NCBI GenBank assembly: GCA_965219455.1
Contig: OZ244744.1
Location: 5,024,001-5,088,000, forward strand
DNA length: 64,000 nucleotides
Direction: 5' to 3'
Source of the DNA: Candidatus Latescibacterota bacterium
GTDB lineage: Bacteria; Latescibacterota; UBA2968; GCA-2709665
The notes under the pieces are model-generated. The model was not told where the DNA came from. It did not search any database and was given only the letters and a program-made list of their open reading frames with translations. Shown here piece after piece: positions 20,173 to 29,153 of the stretch. The first letter of the stretch is position 1. Each line of letters opens with the position of its first letter. The position numbers were made by a program, and so were the translations under genes.

Positions 20173-20496
20173 ATGGCGAAGGGCATGTCGGGAATGATGA
20201 AGCAGGCCCAGAGGCTGCAGGCCAGACTGGCGAAGGTGCAGGAGGAACTCGCGTCGAAGGAGGTGGAGGGATCGTCGGGGGGCGGCATGGTGGTAGCGCG
20301 GGCCAACGGGCAGCAGCAGATCGTGGGCATCAGGATTGATCCGGAGGTGGTGGACCCCGAGGACGTCGAGATGCTGGAAGATCTGATCATGGCCGCCATA
20401 CAGCAGGCCCGGGAGAAGGCGCAGGAGATGGCCGACCGGGAAATGCAGAGGGCCACGTCCGGAATGCTGCCGCCGGGCGTCAACCTGGGCATATAG
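20173..20496 (+). CDS. ybaB: YbaB/EbfC nucleoid-associated protein
   Basis: MMKQAQ..GSSGGGMV..DVEMLEDLI; position between dnaX and recR. Confidence 0.96.
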   Translation: MAKGMSGMMKQAQRLQARLAKVQEELASKEVEGSSGGGMVVARANGQQQIVGIRIDPEVVDPEDVEMLEDLIMAAIQQAREKAQEMADREMQRATSGMLPPGVNLGI

Positions 20497-20564
20497 GAAC
20501 TGGCGATCGCTTGAAGCGCCGGAAAACCCCGCAGCCGCGGTATCTGCTTGTCGAGGAGGGCTGG

Positions 20565-21158
20565 ATGGCTTCCAACGCCATCGATCGGCTGGTGGCCGGA
20601 TTGGGTCGGTTCCCGGGCATCGGCGAAAAGTCCGCGCGGCGAATCGCGCTGGACGTACTGACCTGGAAGACCGAGGACGTGCGCGCGCTGGCCGAATTGA
20701 TGGTGGAGGTGAAGACCCGGGTCCGGGCGTGCGGCGCATGTTTCAACCTGTCTGAGAGCGATCCATGCCCCATTTGCAGGGATGACCGCCGGGACGGGTC
20801 TCAGGTGATGGTGGTCGATTACGTCGGCGACCTGCTGGCAATGGAACGGATGCAAGCCTACCGCGGCCTGTATCACGTCCTGGGTGGACGGATTTCCCCA
20901 CTGGACGGGATCGGGCCGGACGAACTGAACATTCAATCCCTGGTGGCGCGGCTGAACGGTGGCGGGATTCGCGAGGTGATTCTGGCGAACGGACCCACCG
21001 TCGAGGGCGACGCAACCGCGCAGTACCTCAAACAGATCATGGAGACGCACGACGTGGCAGTAACTCAGATCGCCCGGGGCCTGCCCGTGGGCAGCGACCT
21101 TGCCCTCGCGGATCAGGTCACGCTGGCCCGGGCGCTGGATGGACGCAGAGAACTATGA
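20565..21158 (+). CDS. recR: Recombination protein RecR
   Basis: PGIGEKSARRIA, C4 zinc finger, YHVLGGRISPLDGIGP, TVEGDATA. Confidence 0.97.
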   Translation: MASNAIDRLVAGLGRFPGIGEKSARRIALDVLTWKTEDVRALAELMVEVKTRVRACGACFNLSESDPCPICRDDRRDGSQVMVVDYVGDLLAMERMQAYRGLYHVLGGRISPLDGIGPDELNIQSLVARLNGGGIREVILANGPTVEGDATAQYLKQIMETHDVAVTQIARGLPVGSDLALADQVTLARALDGRREL

Positions 21159-21805
21159 ACCGTTCCGACACACTCCGCGGCAGTTCGCAAGGGATCCGGC
21201 TGCCCAAGCCGAAGCCCGCCGACCGCATGGTCACCTTTCCGAATATCCTGACCGGCTTGAGAATTGTCCTCACCCCCGTCTTTCTTGCGCTGATTTTCTC
21301 GGACAGCGGATTCAACAAGATCCTGGCGCTGCTGGTGTTCACCTTGGCGTCGCTAACCGATTTCTTCGACGGCTGGTTCGCGCGCCGCGACAAAACGGTT
21401 ACCAAACTCGGACGGTTCATGGATCCGCTCGCCGACAAGCTGCTGGTCTCCGCCGCTCTCATTTCCTTCGTGCTCCTTGGGATGGTCGAGGCGTGGCTCG
21501 TAGGCGCCATGTTGATCCGGGATGCCTTGATTACCTCCCTGCGCGTGTACGCGATCCGCAAAGGAAGGCCGGTGGTCACGTCCCGACTGGCGAAATGGAA
21601 GACCATGCTGCAACTGGTGCTGGCTTTCGGTATTCTGGTCTTCATCAACGTGCGTGTGATTACCGCTGAGCTGACCTCTCAGCCCCTGGTGCTGGTGGAT
21701 ACCGGTTCGCAGATGGTGTTGAACGTCCTGGTGGCGGCGGTTACCCTGTTGGCTGTCGTGTCGGGCGTCCTCTACCTGGTGGAACATAGCCGGGACCACG
21801 TCTGA
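21155..21805 (+). CDS. pgsA: CDP-diacylglycerol--glycerol-3-phosphate 3-phosphatidyltransferase
   Basis: PNILTGLRI, TDFFDGWFARR..GRFMDPLADK. Confidence 0.93.
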   Translation: MNRSDTLRGSSQGIRLPKPKPADRMVTFPNILTGLRIVLTPVFLALIFSDSGFNKILALLVFTLASLTDFFDGWFARRDKTVTKLGRFMDPLADKLLVSAALISFVLLGMVEAWLVGAMLIRDALITSLRVYAIRKGRPVVTSRLAKWKTMLQLVLAFGILVFINVRVITAELTSQPLVLVDTGSQMVLNVLVAAVTLLAVVSGVLYLVEHSRDHV

Positions 21806-21828
21806 ACGGGGGATCGGAGGCCGCTGAC

Positions 21829-22290
21829 TTGAATTCGTGGACCCGGCTGTTCGCCACCGGATTTTACTCCGGATACGTCCCGGTTGCACCGGGCACGGCG
21901 GGCACGGCCGCGGCGATGGTTCCGTACCTCGCGGCCTGTTACCTGGCAACCGGGTTCGGGGCCCCGGCGTGGTGTCTGTTTCTGGTCCTGATTTTTTCGG
22001 TAGCGGTTTACACGGCCTCCGCGGGAGAAAAGGCCTGGGGTCCGGATCCCGGGCCGGTCGTCATCGATGAGTTTGTGGGGTTCTATATCACGGTAGCTTT
22101 TCTGCCGCTGTCACCAGGGGCAGGGGTTGCCGGATTTTTTATTTTTCGCGTGCTGGATATCGCGAAGCCGCCGCCTGCCCGCGCGTCGGAGAAGCTGCCC
22201 GGCGGGTTGGGCGTGGTCATGGACGACGTGATCGCGGGGGTATACGGAAATCTTCTGCTTCGGGCGGCGCTGGCCTGGTGGAGCGGGTAG
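21829..22290 (+). CDS. pgpA: Phosphatidylglycerophosphatase A
   Basis: APGTAGT, DPGPVVIDE, FRVLDIAKP, GVVMDDVIAG. Confidence 0.94.
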   Translation: MNSWTRLFATGFYSGYVPVAPGTAGTAAAMVPYLAACYLATGFGAPAWCLFLVLIFSVAVYTASAGEKAWGPDPGPVVIDEFVGFYITVAFLPLSPGAGVAGFFIFRVLDIAKPPPARASEKLPGGLGVVMDDVIAGVYGNLLLRAALAWWSG

Positions 22291-22452
22291 TGTTCTGTCC
22301 CGGAAATAGATTGCCGAAATTCGGCCGCCGAGCGCGTTTCGACAGGCTCAACGAACACCAACGCCGCAAGATGGGATGAATCGGCCTGCCTGTGCGGAAG
22401 ACCTGCACGCAGACAGGCGGATGAGTGGTAACATATTTCTGCGACGGGACAC
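22290..22452. repeat. MITE/REP-like element, copy A
   Basis: Ends GTGTTCTGTCCCGGAAATA and TATTTCTGCGACGGGACAC; homologous to 39875-40106. Confidence 0.8.
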
Positions 22453-22455
22453 CGG

Positions 22456-23025
22456 ATGGCGACCCTGCGCGCATTTGTGGCCGTTGAACTCCCCGGGGCG
22501 GTGATCCGCGCCTGCGAGGCCGCAAGGAGATGTCATGCAGACCTGGATGCACGGGTAAGGTGGGTGCGGCCCGAGGGTGTGCATCTCACCCTCAAGTTCC
22601 TGGGAGACGTGGAATTCGCGTCCGTGCCACTGATTCTGGAGGCCATGCGGGCAGTAGCCGCACGGACACCGCCGATGGCGCTGCACACCACGGATGTGGG
22701 CGCGCCGAATCCGGACCGGGCGAGGGTAATCTGGCTGGGCGTGGGTGGAGAGACCGGGATTCTGGGCAGGCTGCGGGCGGACCTGGAGGACGCGATGTGC
22801 GGTATCGGGTTCGAGAGAGAGGATCGGCGGTTCCATCCGCACGTGACGATTGCACGAGCAGGAAGAAGGACGGTGCGGTTGCCCGCCGGATCGACTCGCG
22901 CAATCGAGCCGGCGCACTTCAGGGTGGACCGTATAGCGTTTTACAGCAGCGACTTGCGGCCCGGCGGCGCCGTCTACAACGCGCTGGGTCATGCGTGTCT
23001 TTCCAGGTTGCGGGAGCCGGGTTGA
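22456..23025 (+). CDS. thpR: RNA 2',3'-cyclic phosphodiesterase (2H family)
   Basis: RAFVAV, HLTLKFLG and HPHVTIAR HxT motifs. Confidence 0.93.
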   Translation: MATLRAFVAVELPGAVIRACEAARRCHADLDARVRWVRPEGVHLTLKFLGDVEFASVPLILEAMRAVAARTPPMALHTTDVGAPNPDRARVIWLGVGGETGILGRLRADLEDAMCGIGFEREDRRFHPHVTIARAGRRTVRLPAGSTRAIEPAHFRVDRIAFYSSDLRPGGAVYNALGHACLSRLREPG

Positions 23026-23078
23026 TCGGCTCCTGCGGCAACGCGTCGTCGGGAACGCTTCCCGGAACCGGGGAGTGC

Positions 23079-23195
23079 TTGACTTCTGGTTGGCGTGCGG
23101 ATATATTATATTTTTGATGTATACGTATTGGCCGGATTTTTTCCGGGGATTTTATGTAAATATGCATTGATTAATATACAAATGTTCACTATATT
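23079..23195 (+). promoter_or_regulatory. Tandem sigma70 promoters of recA with candidate LexA box
   Basis: TTGACT-N17-TATATT (23079-23107); TTGATT-N17-TATATT (23167-23195) with ATAC-AAAT-GTTC (23176-23187) in the spacer. Confidence 0.65.
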
Positions 23196-23305
23196 TATCG
23201 ATGACACATGTTGCGGCGCAGGGAATCGAGCTCCTCACAGGCCGTGGGCTGCGTCGTGATCCAATAGATACGTCCAGTCGAATTCGTCTCAGGAGGGGCA
23301 ATGCG

Positions 23306-24373
23306 ATGTCGAAACGCAAAGTCGGCGGTAAGGAGAAGGCCATCGATCTGGCCATCTCACAAATCGAAAAGCAGTTTGGCCAGGGGTCCATCATGCGGCT
23401 CGGTGGCGAAGAAGGAGGTCGGGTGGCCGTCGAGGTGATTCCGACGGGCGCGCTCGCACTCGATGTCGCGCTTGGCGCGGGTGGGGTGCCGCGCGGCCGC
23501 GTCGTCGAAGTTTACGGTCCCGAAGGATCCGGAAAAACCACACTGACCCTGCACATCATCGCGGAGGCGCAGCGGACGGGCGGTACGTGCGCTTTTGTGG
23601 ATGCGGAGCACGCGCTGAATGTAGAGCTCGCCGAACGGATCGGGGTCAACCTGGAAAATCTGCTCATTTCCCAGCCCGATACCGGGGAAGAGGCACTGGA
23701 AATCACCGACACGCTCGTGCGCAGCGGCGCATTCGACGCGGTGGTGGTGGACTCGGTCGCGGCGCTTGTGCCCCGTGCGGAACTGGAGGGGGACATGGGC
23801 GATTCCCACGTGGGTTTGCAGGCGCGGCTGATGTCCCAGGCGCTTCGAAAACTCTCGGGATCGATCAGCCGGTCCAAGACATGTGTGATGTTCACCAACC
23901 AGATCCGGATGAAGATCGGCGTCATGTTCGGCAATCCGGAAACGACTTCGGGCGGAAACGCGCTCAAGTTTTACGCGTCCGTGCGCATGGATATCCGTCG
24001 GATCGGTGCCATAAAAGACGGCCAGGAAGTCACCGGCAACCGGGTCCGCGTCCGGGTGGTCAAGAACAAGATGGCCGCGCCGTTCAAGGAGGCGGAGTTC
24101 GATCTGATGTTCGGAGAGGGTATCTCGAGAGAGGGCAGTCTTCTGGATATTGCCGAACTTCACGGTATTGTCAGCAAGAGCGGCACCTGGTTTTCTTACG
24201 GCAACGACCGCCTGGGGCAGGGGCGGGAGAACGTCAAGAACCATTTAAGGGAACATCCGGAGCTTGCCTCGGAGATCGAGACCCGGGTGCGGGAGGCCGT
24301 GGGCCTGGCGGATAACGGTACGGCGGTGCCGGGCGACAACGGCGAAGGCGCACCGGGAAACGCACGCGGGTAG
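23306..24373 (+). CDS. recA: Recombinase RecA
   Basis: [40 protein letters not shown]; AGGAGG RBS. Confidence 0.99.
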   Translation: MSKRKVGGKEKAIDLAISQIEKQFGQGSIMRLGGEEGGRVAVEVIPTGALALDVALGAGGVPRGRVVEVYGPEGSGKTTLTLHIIAEAQRTGGTCAFVDAEHALNVELAERIGVNLENLLISQPDTGEEALEITDTLVRSGAFDAVVVDSVAALVPRAELEGDMGDSHVGLQARLMSQALRKLSGSISRSKTCVMFTNQIRMKIGVMFGNPETTSGGNALKFYASVRMDIRRIGAIKDGQEVTGNRVRVRVVKNKMAAPFKEAEFDLMFGEGISREGSLLDIAELHGIVSKSGTWFSYGNDRLGQGRENVKNHLREHPELASEIETRVREAVGLADNGTAVPGDNGEGAPGNARG

Positions 24374-24457
24374 AAGGGGATGTGTCGGGCGCAGGGGACT
24401 CTACGGGCATTCCGGGAGGCCCAACGATCGCGGTTTCAAGTTATCGAGGTGCCACCC

Positions 24458-24994
24458 ATGAAACCGAATTCCCGTTCGGCGCCGGCAAAGGATCGCCAGG
24501 ATACGGCCGAGAAGGCGAAGAACGCGGCGTTTCGTCTGCTGAGCGCACGTGCGTATTCGTGCAGGGAAATGGAAGAAAAGCTGCGCCTGCGGGGGTTTCA
24601 GGAATCCGTGATCGAGCAGACCCTCAATGTATTGCGGCGCCTGAAGCTTGTCGACGATCGGGAGTTTGCCCTCCGCTTTGTCCAGGAACGCATGCGACTT
24701 CGACCCGCCGGCCGGGCGTTGCTCGTGCACGACCTGAAAAAACGTGGAATCGACCGCGCAACCGCGGATGACGTGCTGGATGAGGTGTTTGCGGGCGTGG
24801 ATTCCGAGGCCGTCGCCCTGGATCTCCTGAGGTCGCGCCGCCGCCACTACGCCGGCGTCGAAAGGCGGAAGGCGCTTTCCCGGATGTACGGGTTCCTGGG
24901 GCGTCGCGGATTCGGGGCCGAGGCGCATGCGGCGGCTGAGCGGGCCTGGCTGGAGTTTCACGAGAACGGCAATCTTACGGCACCGGGTGCGTGA
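24458..24994 (+). CDS. recX: Regulatory protein RecX
   Basis: AFRLLSARAYS..EKL..VDDREFA..FLGRRGF; follows recA. Confidence 0.9.
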   Translation: MKPNSRSAPAKDRQDTAEKAKNAAFRLLSARAYSCREMEEKLRLRGFQESVIEQTLNVLRRLKLVDDREFALRFVQERMRLRPAGRALLVHDLKKRGIDRATADDVLDEVFAGVDSEAVALDLLRSRRRHYAGVERRKALSRMYGFLGRRGFGAEAHAAAERAWLEFHENGNLTAPGA

Positions 24995-25153
24995 ACAGGA
25001 AACGAGGCTGGAAGCGCCTGCTCGCTTGCGCCCGTTCCTTCAGGGCAGGGTCGCTTTCCGGTTTCTTCCGCAACCGGCACAAGAGCGTGCGGTCCCCAAT
25101 CAGAAACCACGTACCGCGATAGGTGTGTACCTATATCAATGTCATTTCGAACC

Positions 25154-27775
25154 ATGAAATCTTCGGCCGACATACGGGCGGATTATCTGCGATTTTTCGA
25201 ACGAAAGGGGCACACGATTGTCCCGAGCGCGCCGGTGGCGCCGCAAGGCGATGCCACCCTGCTGTTTACAAATGCAGGGATGAATCAGTTCAAGGATGTG
25301 TTTCTGGGAACCGGTCGGCGTGACTACCGTCGGGCAGTGGATACCCAAAAGTGCATCCGCGTATCCGGACATCACAACGACCTGGAGGAGGTGGGCTTCA
25401 GTTCCCAGCATCATACCTTTTTCGAGATGCTGGGCAACTGGTCGTTCGGAGACTATTTCAAGCGGGAGGCCATCGCCTGGGCCTGGGAGTTGTTGACCGA
25501 GGTCTGGCAGCTTCCCAAAGACCGGCTCTGCGCCACGGTATTCGGCGGAGAGCCCGCCGACGGGCTGGCCGCGGACGAGGAGGCGGAAGCGCTGTGGACG
25601 GAGGTGACCGACCTCCCGGCGGAACGGGTGCTTCGGCTGGGCAAGGCGGATAACTTCTGGCAGATGGGCGAGACCGGACCGTGCGGCCCGTGTTCCGAGG
25701 TGCATTACTATCTGGGAGACGATCCAGCGTCGTGGTTGGGCGTTGGCGCGGATCTGGACGGACCGGATACGGTTGAAATCTGGAATCTGGTATTCATCCA
25801 GTTCAACCGGGATACCGAAGGCGCGCTTCATCCGTTGCCCGATAAACACGTGGATACCGGATTGGGGTTCGAGCGCATCTGTACCGTGCTCCAGGGGGTG
25901 GAATCCACTTACGATACCGATCTGTTCCGGCCCATTCTTGCCGCGATCGGGGAGGTCACAGGGAAACCGTACAACGATGAACACCGGGTGGCCATGCGGG
26001 TCATCGCCGATCATATCCGCACACTTTGTTTTGCAATAGCTGACGGTGTGCTGCCTTCCAACGAAGGGCGCGGGTATGTGCTGCGGCGTATCCTGAGGCG
26101 CGCGGCGCGTTATGGGCGCACGCTGGAGATGCACGATCCGTTCATTCACGGGCTGGTGCCTGTCATCGCACGGGTCATGGGGGGCGTGTTTCCCGAGGTG
26201 GCGGAACAGGCCGATCACATTTCCAGGGTCATCCGGTCCGAGGAAGAGGGATTCGGGAAGACGCTCGATCGGGGGCTGGAAATGTTCCAGGTCGTTTCAA
26301 GGGAGGGAAAAATCTCCGGCCAGGATGCGTTTCGCTTATATGACACCTATGGTTTTCCGATCGACCTCACGCAACTGATGGGCGCGGAGCGCGGGCTGGA
26401 CGTGGACCTGGACGGGTTTGAAAGGGCGATGGCCGCCCAGCAGGCGCGCTCGCGAGAGGCGGGGCGGCGGGTCTTCGCGTCTCAGGAGGCGGTGTCGGAC
26501 GACTTCCTTCCACGGGAACATTCCGTGTTTGTCGGGTACGAGTGTCTCGCGCTCGACACGCGTGTCGTGGCATGGAAATCCGAGGAGGACGGGCGGGTGG
26601 ATGTCTATCTTAAGGAAACGCCGTTCTACGCCGAGGCCGGCGGGCAGGTGGGCGATCAGGGCCAGATTCAAAACGGGGATCTGGAGGTGCGGATCGAGGA
26701 GACGTTCCGGTCGGGTGCGGGTATTGTGCACCGGGGCCGTCTTTCGCGGGGATGCGCCGACGCGCTGGAAGGCGCGCGCGTAGAGGCGCGGGTTGACACC
26801 GGGCGCCGGATGGATATCGCCCGCAACCATACGGCTACCCATCTGCTTCACGAGGCCCTTCGCCGGGTGCTTGGAGACCACGTGAATCAGGCCGGGTCTC
26901 TGGTCGCGCCGGACCGACTGCGGTTCGACTTCAACCACTTCGAAGCGGTTTCACCCGCCCGGCAGGAGCAGATCGCGCATATCGTGAATCGGGTGATCCG
27001 ACGGGATATCTCCGTTGAAACCGATACGGTAGGCCTCGAAGAGGCGCGTCGGATGGGCGCGCGGATGTTGTTTTCCGAAAAATACGGGGAGTTGGTGCGC
27101 ACGGTGCGCGTGGGCGATTACAGCCTGGAACTCTGCGGCGGCACGCACGTGAGATCGACGGGTCAGATCGGCATGCTCCAGCTGACGGCGGAGACGGGCA
27201 CCGCGGCCGGCGTGCGGCGGGTGGAAGCGGTCACCGCGGCGGGCGTGGAGGTTCTCATCGAAAAGCAGCGGTCCACCCTTGCCACGCTGGAGGGTATGTT
27301 GAGCGTGGATGCCGACGCGTTGCCCGATCGCGTGGGCCGATTGATCGCTCGAGGCAAGGAACTCGAGCGGACGATTCAATCGATGCGGAGCGCATCTGCC
27401 GGGGAGCGGATGCGCGATCTGGCAGATGCCGCCGTGGACGTGGATGGGGTCCGTGTGGTGGCGACGGCCGTCCAGCCGGCGGACATGGAGGCGTTTCGGG
27501 AAATGGGAGACCGGCTACGGGAAATCCTGGGCTCGGGCGTGGGCGTGTTGGGCGCGGCCCTCAATGGCAAGGCCTCCCTCATCGCGGTGGTTACGGACGA
27601 CCTCATCAACCGGGGCGTTCAGGCGGGAAATATCGTCAAGGCGGTGGCTGAACTGGTGGGCGGCGGCGGCGGTGGACGTCCTCATCTTGCACAGGCCGGG
27701 GGCAGGCATCCTGAGAAGATGTCCGACGCACTTGCCCGGGTTCCTCAGATCGTTCGGTTACAACTGGGAAGGTAA
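25154..27775 (+). CDS. alaS: Alanine--tRNA ligase
   Basis: LLFTNAGMNQFK, HHTFFEMLGNWSFG, NHTATHLLH, ELCGGTHV, GGGGGRP. Confidence 0.99.
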   Translation: MKSSADIRADYLRFFERKGHTIVPSAPVAPQGDATLLFTNAGMNQFKDVFLGTGRRDYRRAVDTQKCIRVSGHHNDLEEVGFSSQHHTFFEMLGNWSFGDYFKREAIAWAWELLTEVWQLPKDRLCATVFGGEPADGLAADEEAEALWTEVTDLPAERVLRLGKADNFWQMGETGPCGPCSEVHYYLGDDPASWLGVGADLDGPDTVEIWNLVFIQFNRDTEGALHPLPDKHVDTGLGFERICTVLQGVESTYDTDLFRPILAAIGEVTGKPYNDEHRVAMRVIADHIRTLCFAIADGVLPSNEGRGYVLRRILRRAARYGRTLEMHDPFIHGLVPVIARVMGGVFPEVAEQADHISRVIRSEEEGFGKTLDRGLEMFQVVSREGKISGQDAFRLYDTYGFPIDLTQLMGAERGLDVDLDGFERAMAAQQARSREAGRRVFASQEAVSDDFLPREHSVFVGYECLALDTRVVAWKSEEDGRVDVYLKETPFYAEAGGQVGDQGQIQNGDLEVRIEETFRSGAGIVHRGRLSRGCADALEGARVEARVDTGRRMDIARNHTATHLLHEALRRVLGDHVNQAGSLVAPDRLRFDFNHFEAVSPARQEQIAHIVNRVIRRDISVETDTVGLEEARRMGARMLFSEKYGELVRTVRVGDYSLELCGGTHVRSTGQIGMLQLTAETGTAAGVRRVEAVTAAGVEVLIEKQRSTLATLEGMLSVDADALPDRVGRLIARGKELERTIQSMRSASAGERMRDLADAAVDVDGVRVVATAVQPADMEAFREMGDRLREILGSGVGVLGAALNGKASLIAVVTDDLINRGVQAGNIVKAVAELVGGGGGGRPHLAQAGGRHPEKMSDALARVPQIVRLQLGR

Positions 27776-27784
27776 AGCGCCACT

Positions 27785-28531
27785 ATGTCGACGTACGACC
27801 ACCTTAAAGCGGTTCTCAGACAGCGGGGCGCGGGATTCCTGTGCCTTCTGGACCCCGACCGCAGGGACAAGCAGGACCTGGTCCATACGGCAACGATGTG
27901 TGCCGAAAACGGGGCCGACGCCCTGTTGCTGGGCGGGAGTTTTCTACTTTATACCGATTTTGACCGGGTGGTCCGTGAGGTCAAACGCGCCATCGGGATT
28001 CCCGTGCTGATTTTTCCCGGGCCCGATATGAACCAGGTCTCCTCGGCCGCCGATGCCATTCTGTTTCTGTGCATGATCAGCGGGCGAAATCCGGATCTGC
28101 TGATCGGGCAGCAGGTGAAAGCGGCGCCCATCGTCAAGGCATACGGTCTGGAGGCGATTTCAACCGGATATATGCTGGTGGATTCAGGGCGCCAGACGAC
28201 CGCGGAGTATATCAGCAATACCAAACCGATGCCTGGCGACAAGCCGGAAATTGCGACGGCGCACGCGCTGGCCGCCCAGTACCTGGGCATGCAATGCGTT
28301 TATATGGATGCGGGCAGCGGGGCCGAGCGGATGGTGTCCGACGAAATGATCGCGGCGGTTTCGGGAAATATCTCCATTCCGGTGATTGCGGGCGGCGGCA
28401 TCCGAGAACCGCAGGATGCTGGCGCGAAAGTGGCAGCCGGCGCCCACTTTGTCGTCGTGGGCAGTATTCTGGAAGCACAAAGGGACCCCGTCCTGGTCCG
28501 CGAGTTTGCCGGCGCCGTTCACGGGGAGTAG
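27785..28531 (+). CDS. Geranylgeranylglyceryl/heptaprenylglyceryl phosphate synthase (group II-like)
   Basis: LLDPD, LLLGGS, LIFPG, SGRNPDLLIGQQ, YMDAGSG, GGGIR. Confidence 0.92.
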   Translation: MSTYDHLKAVLRQRGAGFLCLLDPDRRDKQDLVHTATMCAENGADALLLGGSFLLYTDFDRVVREVKRAIGIPVLIFPGPDMNQVSSAADAILFLCMISGRNPDLLIGQQVKAAPIVKAYGLEAISTGYMLVDSGRQTTAEYISNTKPMPGDKPEIATAHALAAQYLGMQCVYMDAGSGAERMVSDEMIAAVSGNISIPVIAGGGIREPQDAGAKVAAGAHFVVVGSILEAQRDPVLVREFAGAVHGE

Positions 28532-28561
28532 GGATCGGCTGGCCGGGGTAAAGCGAAGGGT

Positions 28562-28593
28562 AACCGCCAGGCATGAAGTTGGCGGTTTTTTTT
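28562..28593 (+). terminator. Rho-independent terminator
   Basis: AACCGCCAG/TTGGCGGTT stem followed by a T-run. Confidence 0.8.
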
Positions 28594-28657
28594 GTGAGGA
28601 CCGGGGCGCCGGGTACGGGCAGGGGGCGCAGGCGGTTATGGACTTGCTCGGCGGCGC

Positions 28658-28686
28658 TTGACATGATGTCCGGATTTAGATAGATT
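28658..28686 (+). promoter_or_regulatory. sigma70 promoter of ptsH
   Basis: TTGACA-N17-TAGATT. Confidence 0.7.
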
Positions 28687-28728
28687 GTAAGCTTCCAATA
28701 TGGGCTATCATAACGTTACGAACAGGTT

Positions 28729-28989
28729 ATGGCGGAACGAGAAGCGACGGTGAAAAACAGGTTGGGTATCCATGCGCGGCCGTCGGCCCTTCTTGTGCAG
28801 GCGGCCGCTAAGTTTGTATCGGAGATTACCCTGATCAAAGATGGGCTCGAAGTCAACGGCAAGAGTATCATGGGCGTAATGATGCTGGCCGCGGAGATGG
28901 AGGCGAAAATTCGCGTCCGGGCCGCGGGACCGGATGAAAAGGAAGCGCTGGATGAAATCGCGGGGATGATCGAAGGCAAGTTCGATTAG
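28729..28989 (+). CDS. ptsH: Phosphocarrier protein HPr
   Basis: GIHARPS (His15) and NGKSIMGVM (Ser46). Confidence 0.96.
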   Translation: MAEREATVKNRLGIHARPSALLVQAAAKFVSEITLIKDGLEVNGKSIMGVMMLAAEMEAKIRVRAAGPDEKEALDEIAGMIEGKFD

Positions 28990-29153
28990 GGCGGTGTCTC
29001 ACTTATGCGCCACGCCCATTTCCCGGCCCGCGTACCCGTTACAGGGCCGGTTCGCTCCGTTTCGATCCAACCGGCCGCCCCTGCGCTCGGGTCGAAGGCG
29101 GTTTTGTCGTGTGGTTCACGTCTAACGTATCTCGCTACCGGGGTTCCAGGCCG

